Positions 10,162 through 20,205 of a stretch of DNA of 64,000 bases are shown in pieces; positions within the stretch are counted from its first letter, which is position 1; each line of letters opens with the position of its first letter. Under the pieces are notes generated by a model. The model worked only from the letters and a program-made list of their open reading frames with translations, was not told the origin of the DNA and searched no databases. A program made the position numbers and the translations under genes. Source of the DNA: Fibrobacteria bacterium (GTDB taxonomy: Bacteria > Fibrobacterota > Fibrobacteria > UBA11236); the NCBI GenBank assembly GCA_050486505.1, contig JBJHDK010000001.1, positions 19,383 through 83,382 on the forward strand, given 5' to 3'.

Positions 10162-13100
10162 ATGTACCTCTCCAAGTTGCGCATTTCCGGGTTCAAATCC
10201 TTCGCCAACCGCGTGGAGGTCAACTTTCCCAGCGAGGGCATCACCTCGGTGGTGGGGCCCAACGGCTGCGGCAAGTCCAACATCATCGACGCCATCCGCT
10301 GGGTACTGGGCGAGCAGCGCGCCCGCGCGCTGCGTTCCTCCAAGATGGAGGATGTGATCTTCTCGGGCACGGCCGAGCGCTCCGCGCAGAACATGGCTGA
10401 GGTCAGCCTGCTCATCCACAACGACAGCGGCGTGCTGCCCTCCGACTACACCCAGGTGATGATTACCCGCCGCGCCTACCGCAGCGGCGAGAGCGAGTAC
10501 CTGATCAATAACCAGCCCTGCCGCCTCAAGGACATCCATAACCTGTTCTACGACACGGGCATGGGCGCGGCCTCATACAGCCTCATCGAGGCGAAGATGA
10601 TCGACAGCATCCTCTCCGAAAAGGCGGACGAGAGGCGCACCATGTTCGAGGAGGCCTCGGGCATTTCGAAGTACAAGCAGCAGCGCAAGGAAACCCTGCG
10701 CCAGCTCGAGCGCACCGCGCAGGATCTCGCCCGCGTCGAGGACGGTCTCCGCCACGTGCAGCAGAACGTCAACATGTTCGAGCGCCAGGCGAAAAAGGCC
10801 GAGAAGTGGCGAGCCCTGCGCGACGAGGCGCGCGCGCTGGAACTGAGCTACCAGCACGACTCGTTCATGAGGATTTCCGGGGAACTTGAAGCCCTGCAAA
10901 CAGGGCTTGCGAAGGACGAGGGGCACTCGGCCGAACTCGACGCCCGCCGCGCCGCCGAGGAGGCCGCGCTGGAGGAAGAGAAGCTTTCGCTGTTCGCGGA
11001 AGAACAGCAGGTCGCGGAACTCAGCCGCAAGGCGGCGGGAACCCAGGCCGAGGCGATCCGCCTCGAGGGGGAGTCCGACCGCGCCCGTGACCGCGGCGAG
11101 CATTTGCAGGAATCGCTGCAGCGCCTGCGCACCGAAGACGAGCAGTCGCGCACCCGGCTTGCGGAGATGGCCGGCCAACGCGCGGAGGCCCTGCGTGAAT
11201 CCGCCGAGGCGGAAGCCTTCCTCGCCGGTGCTGCGGAGCAAAGCGGGCTCGCCCGCGAGACCGCCGATGCTGCCGCCGCGAAGGTGCAGGAGGCGCGCGC
11301 CGAAGCCAACGCCCTGGGCGAAGAGCGCATGGCCGTGCTTGAGGAGCTTTCCGGAATGAAGCAGCGCCTGGGTGCGGCCGAAGGCGAGTTGCAGCACCTG
11401 ACCGGCAGCGAAGATGAATGGGCGGGGGAGCGCGACGCGCGCACCGAAGGGCTCGTCGAGCAGCGCCGCTTGCGCGACGAAGCCGCGGCCGCACTGGCCG
11501 CGGCCGAATCGGAGACGCATGTCGCCGCGGAGGAATCGGAGAGGGTGGCCGCGGGGCTTGAAGAGGCCTCGCGCGCGCTTGAAGCCGCTCGTGGCCGGGC
11601 GCAGGAACTCGGCCGCGAGTTGGCGGTGCTCGAATCCCGCCGCGAACTTCTCGCCGGGCTCGAGGCGGCGGGCGAAGGCATGGATGCAGGGGTCAAGCAC
11701 CTGCTTCACGATGCCCGGGATCGCATGCAAGGCCTGCTCATCGACGTGCTTGAGGTTCCCGAGGATCTCTCGACTGCCGTGGAGCGCGCGCTCGGAAAGT
11801 CGTTGCAAGTCGTGCTCGTCAAGGACAGGGGGATGGGGGTCGAGCTGTTGTCTGCCCTGCGTGACGGTCGCAAGGGGGAGGCCGTGTTCGGGCTTCCCGG
11901 TTTTGGGGGCAGGTCCGCGGCTCGCCCCGACCTTTCAGGGCGTCCCGGTTTCCGCGGGTGGTTGTCCGACCGGGTCAAAGGCCCCGCCGAGTGGGCAGGG
12001 GTGCTCGACTGGGCACTCGGCCGTCATGCCTTGGTCGATTCGCTCGACGCGGCATTCGCGCTTGCCGAGTCAGTTCCCGGTGATAACCTCTGGTTTTGGA
12101 CTCCCGACGGCTCGGCCGTGCATTCCGCGGGTGCTCTCTTCGGCGGTGCGACGGGCGATGCCAACGCCGCCGAGGCGGACAAGGCCGGGCTGCTGCAGCG
12201 CAAAGCGCAGCTTCAGGAAATCGTTGTGCGGGTGGAGGGGCTTCGCGCGGAATCCGCTGCTGCGGGAGCGGAAACCGAAACGCTGCAGCAACGACGCACG
12301 GCGCTGCAGGCGGAAGCCGAGGACCTCCGCCTGTGTGCCCGCGATGCCGAGCGGCGCGTCCACGAGGCGCGTGCGAAGGTGCAACTCAGCGAGAGCCGGG
12401 CCGAGAACCTCGACCGCGAGGTGGTCCAGTACCGCCTCAAGCTTGAGTCGCTGGGTGACCGCAAACGCCAGTTGCAGGAGTCCGTGGAGCGCCTCCGCGC
12501 CGAGTGGACGCAAGCCGACGAGGAGCGTCTTGCGCTCGAGTCGCGCTACCAAAGGGCCCTTGAGGGCGTGCAGGATCTCGAGGCTGAACACCGTCGCCTC
12601 GACCAGGAGTGGCGGGCCGTCGATCAGGAACGTGCCGAGCGCGAAGCACGCCTCAAGGCGGCGCGCGCGCGCCTCGAGTACCTCGACACGGCCGAAGCCG
12701 AGCTGAAGGCGGCGTTGGAGCGCTCTGCCGCGCAGGCGGAAGACTGGGAGTCGCAGATTCGCATGCTGCGCGAGAAGGCCGCAAGCCTTGGAGACGACAT
12801 GGGCGGATTGCACGAACGCCTCGCCGCCGAGGAGCGGGAGCGCGACGCGGTGAAGTCGGTGTACGATTCCAAGGTCGCGCGCCTCGAGGAACGGCGCACC
12901 CTGCTCCGCCGTCTCCAGGACGACTTGCGCGAAGTCACCGACGCGGCGCACAAGCGCTCGCTGCGCATGGAGCAGGCGCGCGCCGCCCTGCAAAACATCC
13001 GCGAGCGCATGTTCGAGGCGCACGAGGTCGACTTCGGCGCGGACGAGGTGTCCTTCGAGCGAGTCGAGTACGACGCCGACGCGGCACCGCAGCAAATCGC

Positions 13101-13740
13101 CGAGCTCAAGGAAAAGCTGCGGGGATTGGGCAACATCAACACCGGCGCCCTCGAGGACTACGAGACGGAGAAGGCGCGCCTCGAGGAGGTGCAGAAACAG
13201 TTCGACGACCTCGACCGCGCCCGGCAGGGGCTCGACCGCGCCATCAAGAAACTCGACAAGGCCGCGCGCGAGCAGTTCCTCGCCACCTTCGCGATCGTCC
13301 AGAAAAACTTCCAGGAAGTGTTCTCGTCCCTTTTCGAAGGGGGCGAGGCCCAGCTTCATCTCGAGGAGAACGTGGATCCCCTCGACGCGAAGATCGAGAT
13401 CAACGCGCGTCCCACCGGGAAGAAGATGCGGGGGGTCTCCCTGCTTTCCGGCGGTGAGCGGGCTCTCACTGCCATCTCGCTGCTCTTTGCGCTCTACCTC
13501 GTGCGTCCGTCGCCTTACTGCATCATGGACGAGGTCGACGGTCCGCTCGACGACGCCAACATCGGGCGCTTCGTCAACCTGCTGCGGCGCTTCAGCCACC
13601 AGACGCAGTTCATCGTGGTGACGCACAACAAGCGCACCATGGCGGCCTCCGACATGCTCTACGGCGTGACGCAGGAGATCAAGGGCATCTCCAAGATGGT
13701 CGCGGTGCAGCTCGACGAAGCGGCAAGAATCGCGGCTTGA
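10162..13740 (+). CDS. smc: Chromosome segregation protein SMC
   Basis: GFKSF, Walker A GPNGCGKSN, coiled coils, hinge GxxxxxxGxxxGG, signature LSGGE, Walker B DEVDGPLD, VTHN. Confidence 0.97.
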   Translation: MYLSKLRISGFKSFANRVEVNFPSEGITSVVGPNGCGKSNIIDAIRWVLGEQRARALRSSKMEDVIFSGTAERSAQNMAEVSLLIHNDSGVLPSDYTQVMITRRAYRSGESEYLINNQPCRLKDIHNLFYDTGMGAASYSLIEAKMIDSILSEKADERRTMFEEASGISKYKQQRKETLRQLERTAQDLARVEDGLRHVQQNVNMFERQAKKAEKWRALRDEARALELSYQHDSFMRISGELEALQTGLAKDEGHSAELDARRAAEEAALEEEKLSLFAEEQQVAELSRKAAGTQAEAIRLEGESDRARDRGEHLQESLQRLRTEDEQSRTRLAEMAGQRAEALRESAEAEAFLAGAAEQSGLARETADAAAAKVQEARAEANALGEERMAVLEELSGMKQRLGAAEGELQHLTGSEDEWAGERDARTEGLVEQRRLRDEAAAALAAAESETHVAAEESERVAAGLEEASRALEAARGRAQELGRELAVLESRRELLAGLEAAGEGMDAGVKHLLHDARDRMQGLLIDVLEVPEDLSTAVERALGKSLQVVLVKDRGMGVELLSALRDGRKGEAVFGLPGFGGRSAARPDLSGRPGFRGWLSDRVKGPAEWAGVLDWALGRHALVDSLDAAFALAESVPGDNLWFWTPDGSAVHSAGALFGGATGDANAAEADKAGLLQRKAQLQEIVVRVEGLRAESAAAGAETETLQQRRTALQAEAEDLRLCARDAERRVHEARAKVQLSESRAENLDREVVQYRLKLESLGDRKRQLQESVERLRAEWTQADEERLALESRYQRALEGVQDLEAEHRRLDQEWRAVDQERAEREARLKAARARLEYLDTAEAELKAALERSAAQAEDWESQIRMLREKAASLGDDMGGLHERLAAEERERDAVKSVYDSKVARLEERRTLLRRLQDDLREVTDAAHKRSLRMEQARAALQNIRERMFEAHEVDFGADEVSFERVEYDADAAPQQIAELKEKLRGLGNINTGALEDYETEKARLEEVQKQFDDLDRARQGLDRAIKKLDKAAREQFLATFAIVQKNFQEVFSSLFEGGEAQLHLEENVDPLDAKIEINARPTGKKMRGVSLLSGGERALTAISLLFALYLVRPSPYCIMDEVDGPLDDANIGRFVNLLRRFSHQTQFIVVTHNKRTMAASDMLYGVTQEIKGISKMVAVQLDEAARIAA

Positions 13741-13932
13741 TTTCCGTTACGGGCAACGCGTCATCGCGGTGCAAGGTTCCCGCGTTATCATCGCGACGCA
13801 GTTTTATTCGCTTTGGCGAACGACGACCTTTTTCTCTCTTTTAACGTTTGTGCTGGGTCAGGATCCGGATAAGTCCACCTGAAAAGTCCTTGCACAGCGC
13901 TTCAGTCGTATTCTGAAGCTTTCCGGAGACGC

Positions 13933-15318
13933 GTGACAGTCATCGACGCGCCAGCGGCGCCGGCAACCGGCGCGTTATCATTTCGTTCCCTCCGGTACGG
14001 GGCATCGTACTGCCTCGCCTTGCTGCTGCGCCCCCACCCGGAAGACCGGAAGCGGGGCCTGCTTCTCGAGGAGGAAGCGCGCGCGGAACGCCTCACCAAC
14101 CTGATCCGCATCGTCTACCTGGCGGCGTGGCTGCTGGTCACAGCCTGGATTGCCCGGACCAACGTGCCCGTCGCCAACCTGATCAATCTGGCGGGTGGAG
14201 GCGCATGGATGGCATGTGCGCTTGCATATCACCTCTGGTTGCTGCGTCGACCTTACCATCCTTCGTTCAAGTATGTGGCCACGATCTTCGACATCGCCGC
14301 CGTCACGACGATGATTGTCGCATACGCATTGATGGGCGGCGGCGCTTTCGCGCTGAAGATGCCCATCAATCTCAACTACTTCTGTTGTCTCGGACTGGTC
14401 GCGCTTCGCTTGCATCGGCGCCTCGCGATTTATGCCGGGACGCTCACGGTGGGAGCGTATCTCGTGGCCTGGTTCGTGATCGCGCGCACGGTCGGATTGA
14501 CGTACGGTGACGGGGTCGCGCATGCCGCCACCGACAGCGTGAACGCGAAATATCTGGCCTTCAACACGATTTACCTCGCTGTCTTCGGCTTGCTGGTCTA
14601 CGCGGCCGCCGTAAACGTGCGCCGCATGCTGGATTTGCGTGCCGCCGAGGCGCGTCGCGCCCTGCGGGCCCGGGAGCGTGCCGTCATGGCGGCCGGGGTC
14701 GCGCACGAAATCCGCAATCCGCTGGCGGGGATTCATGGCGCCGCGCGGCTGCTTCGCGACGCAGACGGCGCAGATTCCCGGCTTGCCGCCATGATTCTCG
14801 AGGACTCCGAGCGCCTCAACGGTGTCGTGGAGGGGTTCCTGCGTTTCTCCAGGCCTTTTCCTCTGCGTCCTCGTGTGACGGACGTCGCGGCGCTCGTCCG
14901 TGATTTTTGCCGGAGCGAGAGCATGCTGTTTCCGGACGTCCCGCTGGCATGTCGGCCCGGAGAGCGGAGCCTTCCCGTCCGGACCGATCCCGAGGCGGTA
15001 CGCCAGATTCTGTCGAACCTCGTGCGCAATGCAAGGAAGGTGCAACCATCCGGTCGCGCGTTGCGTCTGAGTATGGAGGCGGAGCGCGGAATCGTGCTTG
15101 TCCACGTTGAGGACGAGGGGCCCGGGATTGCTCCAAACCGCATGGAAGATCTTTTCGAGCCGTTCCGCACGGGGACGACCGACGGAACAGGGGTGGGGTT
15201 GGCGCTTTCGCGCAAGATCGCCCGGGAACTGGGCGGGGACCTGACGTATGTTCCCCTGCATCCGGGCAGCCGCTTCACATTGCGGCTGCAGGATCATGAC
15301 GGAAGGGACGTTCCCTGA
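13933..15318 (+). CDS. Membrane sensor histidine kinase
   Basis: About 6 hydrophobic segments, AHEIRNPL H-box, NLVRNA, DEGPG, GTGVGL. GTG start is uncertain. Confidence 0.88.
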   Translation: MTVIDAPAAPATGALSFRSLRYGASYCLALLLRPHPEDRKRGLLLEEEARAERLTNLIRIVYLAAWLLVTAWIARTNVPVANLINLAGGGAWMACALAYHLWLLRRPYHPSFKYVATIFDIAAVTTMIVAYALMGGGAFALKMPINLNYFCCLGLVALRLHRRLAIYAGTLTVGAYLVAWFVIARTVGLTYGDGVAHAATDSVNAKYLAFNTIYLAVFGLLVYAAAVNVRRMLDLRAAEARRALRARERAVMAAGVAHEIRNPLAGIHGAARLLRDADGADSRLAAMILEDSERLNGVVEGFLRFSRPFPLRPRVTDVAALVRDFCRSESMLFPDVPLACRPGERSLPVRTDPEAVRQILSNLVRNARKVQPSGRALRLSMEAERGIVLVHVEDEGPGIAPNRMEDLFEPFRTGTTDGTGVGLALSRKIARELGGDLTYVPLHPGSRFTLRLQDHDGRDVP

Positions 15319-16655
15319 TGCGCATGCCGATATCCGCATCTTCGCCTGCGACCGTGCTTGTGGTCGACGATGAGGCGCATGTCCGTGAGGTCACCGCCAT
15401 GGCCCTGAAGCACTCGGGACACAGTGTCGTTTCCGCTGCGGGCGCGGAGCAGGCAATGGAGATCCTGCGTGAGGAAAACATTGATGTGATCATCAGTGAT
15501 GTGCGCATGCCGGGCCTCGACGGCATCGAGTTCCTTCGACGCGTGCGCGAAGAACAACCTGGGATCCGCTTCGTCGTCATGACGGCGCACGGAACCCTCG
15601 ATGTCGCCGTGCGCGCGCTGCGGCACGGCGCGGATGATTTCCTCACGAAGCCGTTCGATCACGATGCCCTGCGCGACATCGTGCGGCGATTGTTGCGGGA
15701 AGTCCCCCGGCGACCCGCCCCCGTTCGCCCCGGCGGAGCCCCTGCCGAAGCTCCGCTGGGGGAGAGCCCCCCATTCGTCTCCTGCCTCGACATCGTGCGC
15801 AAGGCAGCCCGCACCGACGCCACCGTGCTCATCACCGGCGAAACCGGCTCGGGCAAAGAGGTGATCGCCCGGCACCTGCACGCCCTGTCGCCTCGCGCCG
15901 CCGGGCCTTTCATTGCGGTCAACTGCGGCGCCATTCCCGAGAACCTGATCGAGGCCGAGCTCTTCGGTTACGTGCGGGGGGCCTTCTCCGGCGCCATTTC
16001 GGATCGGCCGGGCAAGCTCGCCCTCGCCGACGGCGGCACGCTCTTCCTCGACGAGGTCGGCGAAATGCCACCGGCCATGCAGGTCAAGCTCCTGCGCGTG
16101 CTGCAGGAACGCGTGCTCGAACCCGTCGGGGGGATCATGAGCATGCGCGCCGATTTTCGCCTCGTGGCCGCGACGCATCGTGACCTGCGCGCCGAGGTCG
16201 CCTCCGGGCGTTTCCGCGAGGATCTCTGGTTCCGTCTGCACGTCATCCCGGTGGCCGTGCCTCCCCTGCGCGATCGCGGCGACGATGTGCTGCTGCTTGC
16301 CCGTCGCTTCCTTGCCGGGTGGAATGCCCACTACGGGACGGTGCATGCCCTTTCACCCGGCGATGCCGAGCTTCTGCGCACGTACGCGTGGCCGGGCAAC
16401 GTGCGCGAGCTGGCCAATTCAGTCGAGCGTGCGGTGGTACTGGCCGGGGATGCCGGTCTGGCGTGGGATCTCGGTGGGGGCGGGGGGCCGGATGCGGTCG
16501 ACCCTTCCGTTCGGGGATGTCGCCGCGCCGCGGAACGGGAGGCCATCGTGGCGGCGCTCGAGTCCTGTCGCTGGAACAAGACCCGCGCGGCGGAGGTGCT
16601 GGGCATCTCGCGCCGCAGCCTGCTTTACAAGGTGAAGGAGTACGGGATCAGTTAA
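15318..16655 (+). CDS. Sigma54-dependent response regulator
   Basis: VVDDE/SDVRMP receiver, [38 protein letters not shown] coupling to the kinase. Confidence 0.94.
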   Translation: MRMPISASSPATVLVVDDEAHVREVTAMALKHSGHSVVSAAGAEQAMEILREENIDVIISDVRMPGLDGIEFLRRVREEQPGIRFVVMTAHGTLDVAVRALRHGADDFLTKPFDHDALRDIVRRLLREVPRRPAPVRPGGAPAEAPLGESPPFVSCLDIVRKAARTDATVLITGETGSGKEVIARHLHALSPRAAGPFIAVNCGAIPENLIEAELFGYVRGAFSGAISDRPGKLALADGGTLFLDEVGEMPPAMQVKLLRVLQERVLEPVGGIMSMRADFRLVAATHRDLRAEVASGRFREDLWFRLHVIPVAVPPLRDRGDDVLLLARRFLAGWNAHYGTVHALSPGDAELLRTYAWPGNVRELANSVERAVVLAGDAGLAWDLGGGGGPDAVDPSVRGCRRAAEREAIVAALESCRWNKTRAAEVLGISRRSLLYKVKEYGIS

Positions 16656-16796
16656 GAATTGAGAATTAAGAATTGAGAATGATGGGGGTGTCCCGATAAC
16701 GGAGGTCGGTGATTTACGCGCACAACACCCGTAGACGCTTCACGCAAATACAGTCCTTGCGTTCAATTCTTAATTCTCAATTCCCAATTCGTAATT
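16652..16796. repeat. Small element bounded by inverted GAATT(AA/GA) heptamer arrays (copy E1)
   Basis: Left array ttaagaattgagaattaagaattgagaat, right array aattcttaattctcaattcccaattcgtaatt. The ~85 bp core is similar to those at 43.8 and 44.8 kb. Confidence 0.8.
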
Positions 16797-16809
16797 AACG
16801 AAGCCGCTC

Positions 16810-17568
16810 CTACGAAGCTTCTTGCTCGTGCAACGCCGGCACGTCGTCCTCGCGCCAGACGAGCAGGCTGCCGCAGCTTTCGCAGGTGAGCAGCTGGCGG
16901 CGCTTCGAGACCTCGATCACCCGCTGCGCCGTCTGGTTGCGGCTGCATACGTCGCAGGCGCGGTGGACGTGGTTCACCGCCGCGATGATGTTCGGTGTGC
17001 CGCGCCTCTCGCGCATGCGGTCATAAAACGACAGGGTCTTCTTGCTGATTTTCGAGCGCGGCTCCTCGCCCTTGCGGGCTTCCCCGGCGATGCGGTCCTC
17101 GATGCCGTTGAGCTCGGTGGTGAGCGTGTCGAGTTCGGGACCGACCTCCTCGCGCACCTTCGCGAGGGAAGCTTCAGCCTCCTCGACGTCCTTGCCGAGG
17201 TTCTCGAGAACCTGCTGAAAATGCAGCACCTGGGCTTGGGCCGTATCGATGCTTTTCTTGTGCGCGGCGATCTCGAGATGCACGGCATCGTACTCGCGGT
17301 TCGTGCTGATGTTGGTGAGCCGCTTCTCGCTTTCCTCCAGCGCAGCCGTTTCGGTGGCCACCGCTTCCTGGTTCGATCGGATCAACCCTTCGGTGCGGGT
17401 GATCTCATCGCGCAAGGCCTGCACGGCCGTCTCCTCGTCGGAGATTCGCTGCTGCAGGGCCTCGATGCGCTGGGGGAGATCCCTGCGCGTCTGCTGGAGC
17501 TCAAAGACCTTCTTGTCCACTGCGGAGAGGCTCAGAAGGTTTTGCAAATCTTCTTCGATTGTAACCAT
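16810..17568 (-). CDS. Coiled-coil protein with C-terminal C4 zinc ribbon (DUF164/CT398/HP0958-like)
   Basis: Long coiled coil, TNREYDA motif, CDVC...CESC. Confidence 0.85.
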   Translation of the reverse strand: MVTIEEDLQNLLSLSAVDKKVFELQQTRRDLPQRIEALQQRISDEETAVQALRDEITRTEGLIRSNQEAVATETAALEESEKRLTNISTNREYDAVHLEIAAHKKSIDTAQAQVLHFQQVLENLGKDVEEAEASLAKVREEVGPELDTLTTELNGIEDRIAGEARKGEEPRSKISKKTLSFYDRMRERRGTPNIIAAVNHVHRACDVCSRNQTAQRVIEVSKRRQLLTCESCGSLLVWREDDVPALHEQEAS

Positions 17569-17655
17569 TGCGATACCCGGGGGTTCGGCACCCCGAGGCC
17601 GGCCATGGTGCTCCCTGGAGGGGGGCGGCGTGGTGTCCGGATTCAGGTTGCCATG

Positions 17656-17700
17656 AAAAAAAACGTCCCGTACCCCGAAAATCGGGGCCGGAACCGGACG
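17656..17700 (-). terminator. Probable intrinsic terminator after pth
   Basis: On the minus strand: CGTCC...CCCCGATTTTCGGGG...GGGACG followed by 8 T. Confidence 0.55.
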
Positions 17701-17728
17701 CCCAAACTAACTAGAACGGCAAGGGATT

Positions 17729-18307
17729 TCAACGCGCCGGAGAATCGGCCCTGCGGTTGTACCGCGTGGCGGCCAAATCCCACCCCTGCCGGAACCCTGT
17801 CCGCAAAAGATCGGGGAAATCGGAGAGAAGGGGGGCGAGAGCGGCCTGTTCGTCCCCGTTGAGCCGTGAAAGCACGAACCCCGAGAGGTCGCGTCCCGGC
17901 GGGCAGAGCCCGACCCCGACGCGAATCCGGGGGAACCCCTCGCCGATGCGCGCGATGATGTCGCGCAGGCCGTTGTGGCCTCCGTGGCCGCCCGACGGGC
18001 GGATGCGCACCGACCCGAGCGGCAGGGTGACGTCGTCAGTCACTACCGCCACCTCGGATGGGGGGATTTTGTGGAAGGTCATCAGGGCCTGCACCGCCTC
18101 GCCGCTGAGGTTCATGTAGGTCTGCGGCTTGGCGATCCAGAGGGTTTCATTGCCGAGGGTGGCCCTGCAAACCAGGGCCTTTCCCTTCTCCCTCCATGCG
18201 TCGGCTCCCAAGGCACGAGCGGCGGCGTCCGCCAAGGCGAAGCCGACGTTGTGCCGCGTGGAGTCGTACTTGGGACCGGGGTTTCCCAGCCCCGCGAGGA
18301 GGGGCAT
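17729..18307 (-). CDS. pth: Peptidyl-tRNA hydrolase
   Basis: GLGNPG..Y..TRHNVG, KPQTYMNLSG, GGHGGHNGLRDI. Confidence 0.96.
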   Translation of the reverse strand: MPLLAGLGNPGPKYDSTRHNVGFALADAAARALGADAWREKGKALVCRATLGNETLWIAKPQTYMNLSGEAVQALMTFHKIPPSEVAVVTDDVTLPLGSVRIRPSGGHGGHNGLRDIIARIGEGFPRIRVGVGLCPPGRDLSGFVLSRLNGDEQAALAPLLSDFPDLLRTGFRQGWDLAATRYNRRADSPAR

Positions 18308-18314
18308 GGCGCGC

Positions 18315-18935
18315 TTACTTCTTTGCGGCCTCGGCCTTTTCGCCGCCCTTGGCATCCTTGGCGTCCTTGCCTTCTTCGGCCTTGGCGCCGCGCACCTGGC
18401 TGATGCCGAAGAGAGCGGTTTTTGGGGGGGTGATGAAGGTTCCCTTGTCGAACTTCAGGTCCGCGACGTAGAAGGTCTTTCCTGCTTCCATGTCGGAGAT
18501 GTCGATGGTGAAGTTCTCGGGAATGTCGGCCAGCTTCGCGCGCAGCCTGACGAACTTCTTGGCCACCTTGAACACGCCACCCTGGTTCTTGACGCCCGTG
18601 GCGATGCCGACCGTGGAAACGGGGACGACGGCCACCACCGGGCGGGATTCGTCCACGCGCAGGAAGTCGACATGCAGGTAGGTGCCCTTGATCGGATCGC
18701 GGTCGACCTGCTTGAGCAGAACGCGCTGCGCCTCGCCCTCAAGGTCGAGTGCGATGATGACGTTGCGGTGTGCGAGCATGGGACGCAGATCACGGGCCGA
18801 CACCTCGAGGGTCTGGGGCTCGCCCTTCAGGCCGTACACGACACCGGGCACCTTGCCTTCGCGGCGGAGGGAGTTGAGAAGGCCCTTGGAGCCCTGGGGG
18901 CGCTTGCGTGCGCTGAGTGAAAATTCCTGAGACAT
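18315..18935 (-). CDS. rplY: 50S ribosomal protein L25/Ctc
   Basis: LRREGKVPGVVYG, LHVDF, C-terminal Ctc domain; located next to pth. Confidence 0.93.
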   Translation of the reverse strand: MSQEFSLSARKRPQGSKGLLNSLRREGKVPGVVYGLKGEPQTLEVSARDLRPMLAHRNVIIALDLEGEAQRVLLKQVDRDPIKGTYLHVDFLRVDESRPVVAVVPVSTVGIATGVKNQGGVFKVAKKFVRLRAKLADIPENFTIDISDMEAGKTFYVADLKFDKGTFITPPKTALFGISQVRGAKAEEGKDAKDAKGGEKAEAAKK

Positions 18936-19032
18936 GATCCGTTCCTCGCGCGGTACAACATGCCGGCGCATGCCTTCCCGTAAAAATTGGTGTGTGGCCC
19001 CGGAAAAATCCCGCAGGCCGCCGGAAGTCGGA

Positions 19033-19107
19033 TGGTTGGGGCGGCAGGATTCGAACCTACGAATGACGGATCCAAAAACCGTTGTCTTACCACTTGACGA
19101 CGCCCCA
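19033..19107 (-). tRNA. tRNA-Gln (TTG)
   Basis: Reverse complement TGGGGCGTCGTCAAGTGGTAAGACAACGGTTTTTGGATCCGTCATTCGTAGGTTCGAATCCTGCCGCCCCAACCA folds as a cloverleaf with TTG anticodon and encoded CCA; canonical position after ispE. Confidence 0.93.
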
Positions 19108-19128
19108 ACGGCACCGAGGGGGCCAAAC

Positions 19129-20019
19129 TTAGAAAAACCCGGCCTTGTCCCAAAAGGTCGTGCGCACCGAGAAACGGCATGACGGGGCCACTGCCTGCAG
19201 CGCCTCGTCCGCGCGCACGGAACCTTCGAACAGCGCGAAGACGCTGGCGCCGCTGCCGCTCAAGAGCACCCTGACCGGATCGAAGTCCCGCAGGGCGCTG
19301 TGCACGTCCCGGATTTCACGGAAACGCGCCAGCACGGGCTCCTCGAAATCGTTGTGCAGGCTCTTGAAAAACGCCGGATCCTGGGCCTTTTCGGCATATT
19401 CGTCCCGAAACCGTGGCCAGCGCGGCGGCGTTGCGCGCGGGGTGCCGGGGGCATACCCCAGTTCGCGGTAGGCCCAGGGCGTTTCGACATGGCAGCGGGG
19501 CGTGGCCACCACCACATGGAAGGGATGGGGGGCCGGCGCGGGCGCGAGCCGCTCTCCCCGCCCTTCGGCGAAGGCGGTCGGAGTCGAGAGAAAGAACGGC
19601 ACGTCCGATCCCAGTTCCGCTCCCATCGCCCGCAGCTCTTCGGCGGGGGTTCCGAGTTGCCACACCGCGTCGGCCAGGCGCAGTGCGGCGGCGGCGTCGG
19701 AGCTTCCTCCCCCGAGTCCGCCGCCGGCGGGCAGCCGCTTGCGCAGGGCGAAGCGGATGCCCGCCCCCGCCGGAAGGCGGGCCGCGCTGCGCTCCTTGAG
19801 CAGCATGGCCGCGCGCACGACGAGGTTGTCCGCGAGGGTTTCCGTGAGGCCTTCCGCGCCCTCGAGCGCGATGGAATCCCACGGCTCCGCCGACAGCGAG
19901 TCCCCGACCTCGAGCGCCTGGAACAAGGTCCCCAGGTCGTGGAAGCCGTCAGGGCGACGCCCCTGAACTTCAAGGAAGAGATTGATCTTGGCAGGGCAGG
20001 GAAGCGATAGCGGAGGCAT
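19129..20019 (-). CDS. ispE: 4-diphosphocytidyl-2-C-methyl-D-erythritol kinase
   Basis: PAKINLFL, RPDGFHDL, GGGLGGGSSDAA, LGSDVPFF, NDFE, LSGSG. Confidence 0.96.
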   Translation of the reverse strand: MPPLSLPCPAKINLFLEVQGRRPDGFHDLGTLFQALEVGDSLSAEPWDSIALEGAEGLTETLADNLVVRAAMLLKERSAARLPAGAGIRFALRKRLPAGGGLGGGSSDAAAALRLADAVWQLGTPAEELRAMGAELGSDVPFFLSTPTAFAEGRGERLAPAPAPHPFHVVVATPRCHVETPWAYRELGYAPGTPRATPPRWPRFRDEYAEKAQDPAFFKSLHNDFEEPVLARFREIRDVHSALRDFDPVRVLLSGSGASVFALFEGSVRADEALQAVAPSCRFSVRTTFWDKAGFF

Positions 20020-20028
20020 GGCGAAGGA

Positions 20029-20187
20029 AGTTATGAATTATGAGTTATGAGTTATGAGTTGGGGGCTGGTGGTTGCAAAATCCGGATTTCATGACTGTTA
20101 CCGGTGCTGTCCTGAATCATGATATCCCAATCAGGACGCGACCCGGTTCCCCCAGACTCATAACTCATCACTCATGACTCATAACTC
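20029..20187. repeat. Element bounded by inverted TTATGAG/CTCATAA heptamer arrays between the divergent ispE and argF
   Basis: agttatgaattatgagttatgagttatgagtt ... actcataactcatcactcatgactcataactc. Confidence 0.8.
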
Positions 20188-20205
20188 GTTTCTTAATTTT
20201 CTCCG

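Noticed and set aside
10162..13740. SMC as part of a Wadjet/MksBEF-type defence system
   Set aside because: It is a canonical housekeeping SMC with no jetA, jetB or jetD neighbours.
17569..17728. ncRNA or riboswitch upstream of the zinc-ribbon gene
   Set aside because: Only a terminator-like hairpin is visible; no known RNA motif was recognised.
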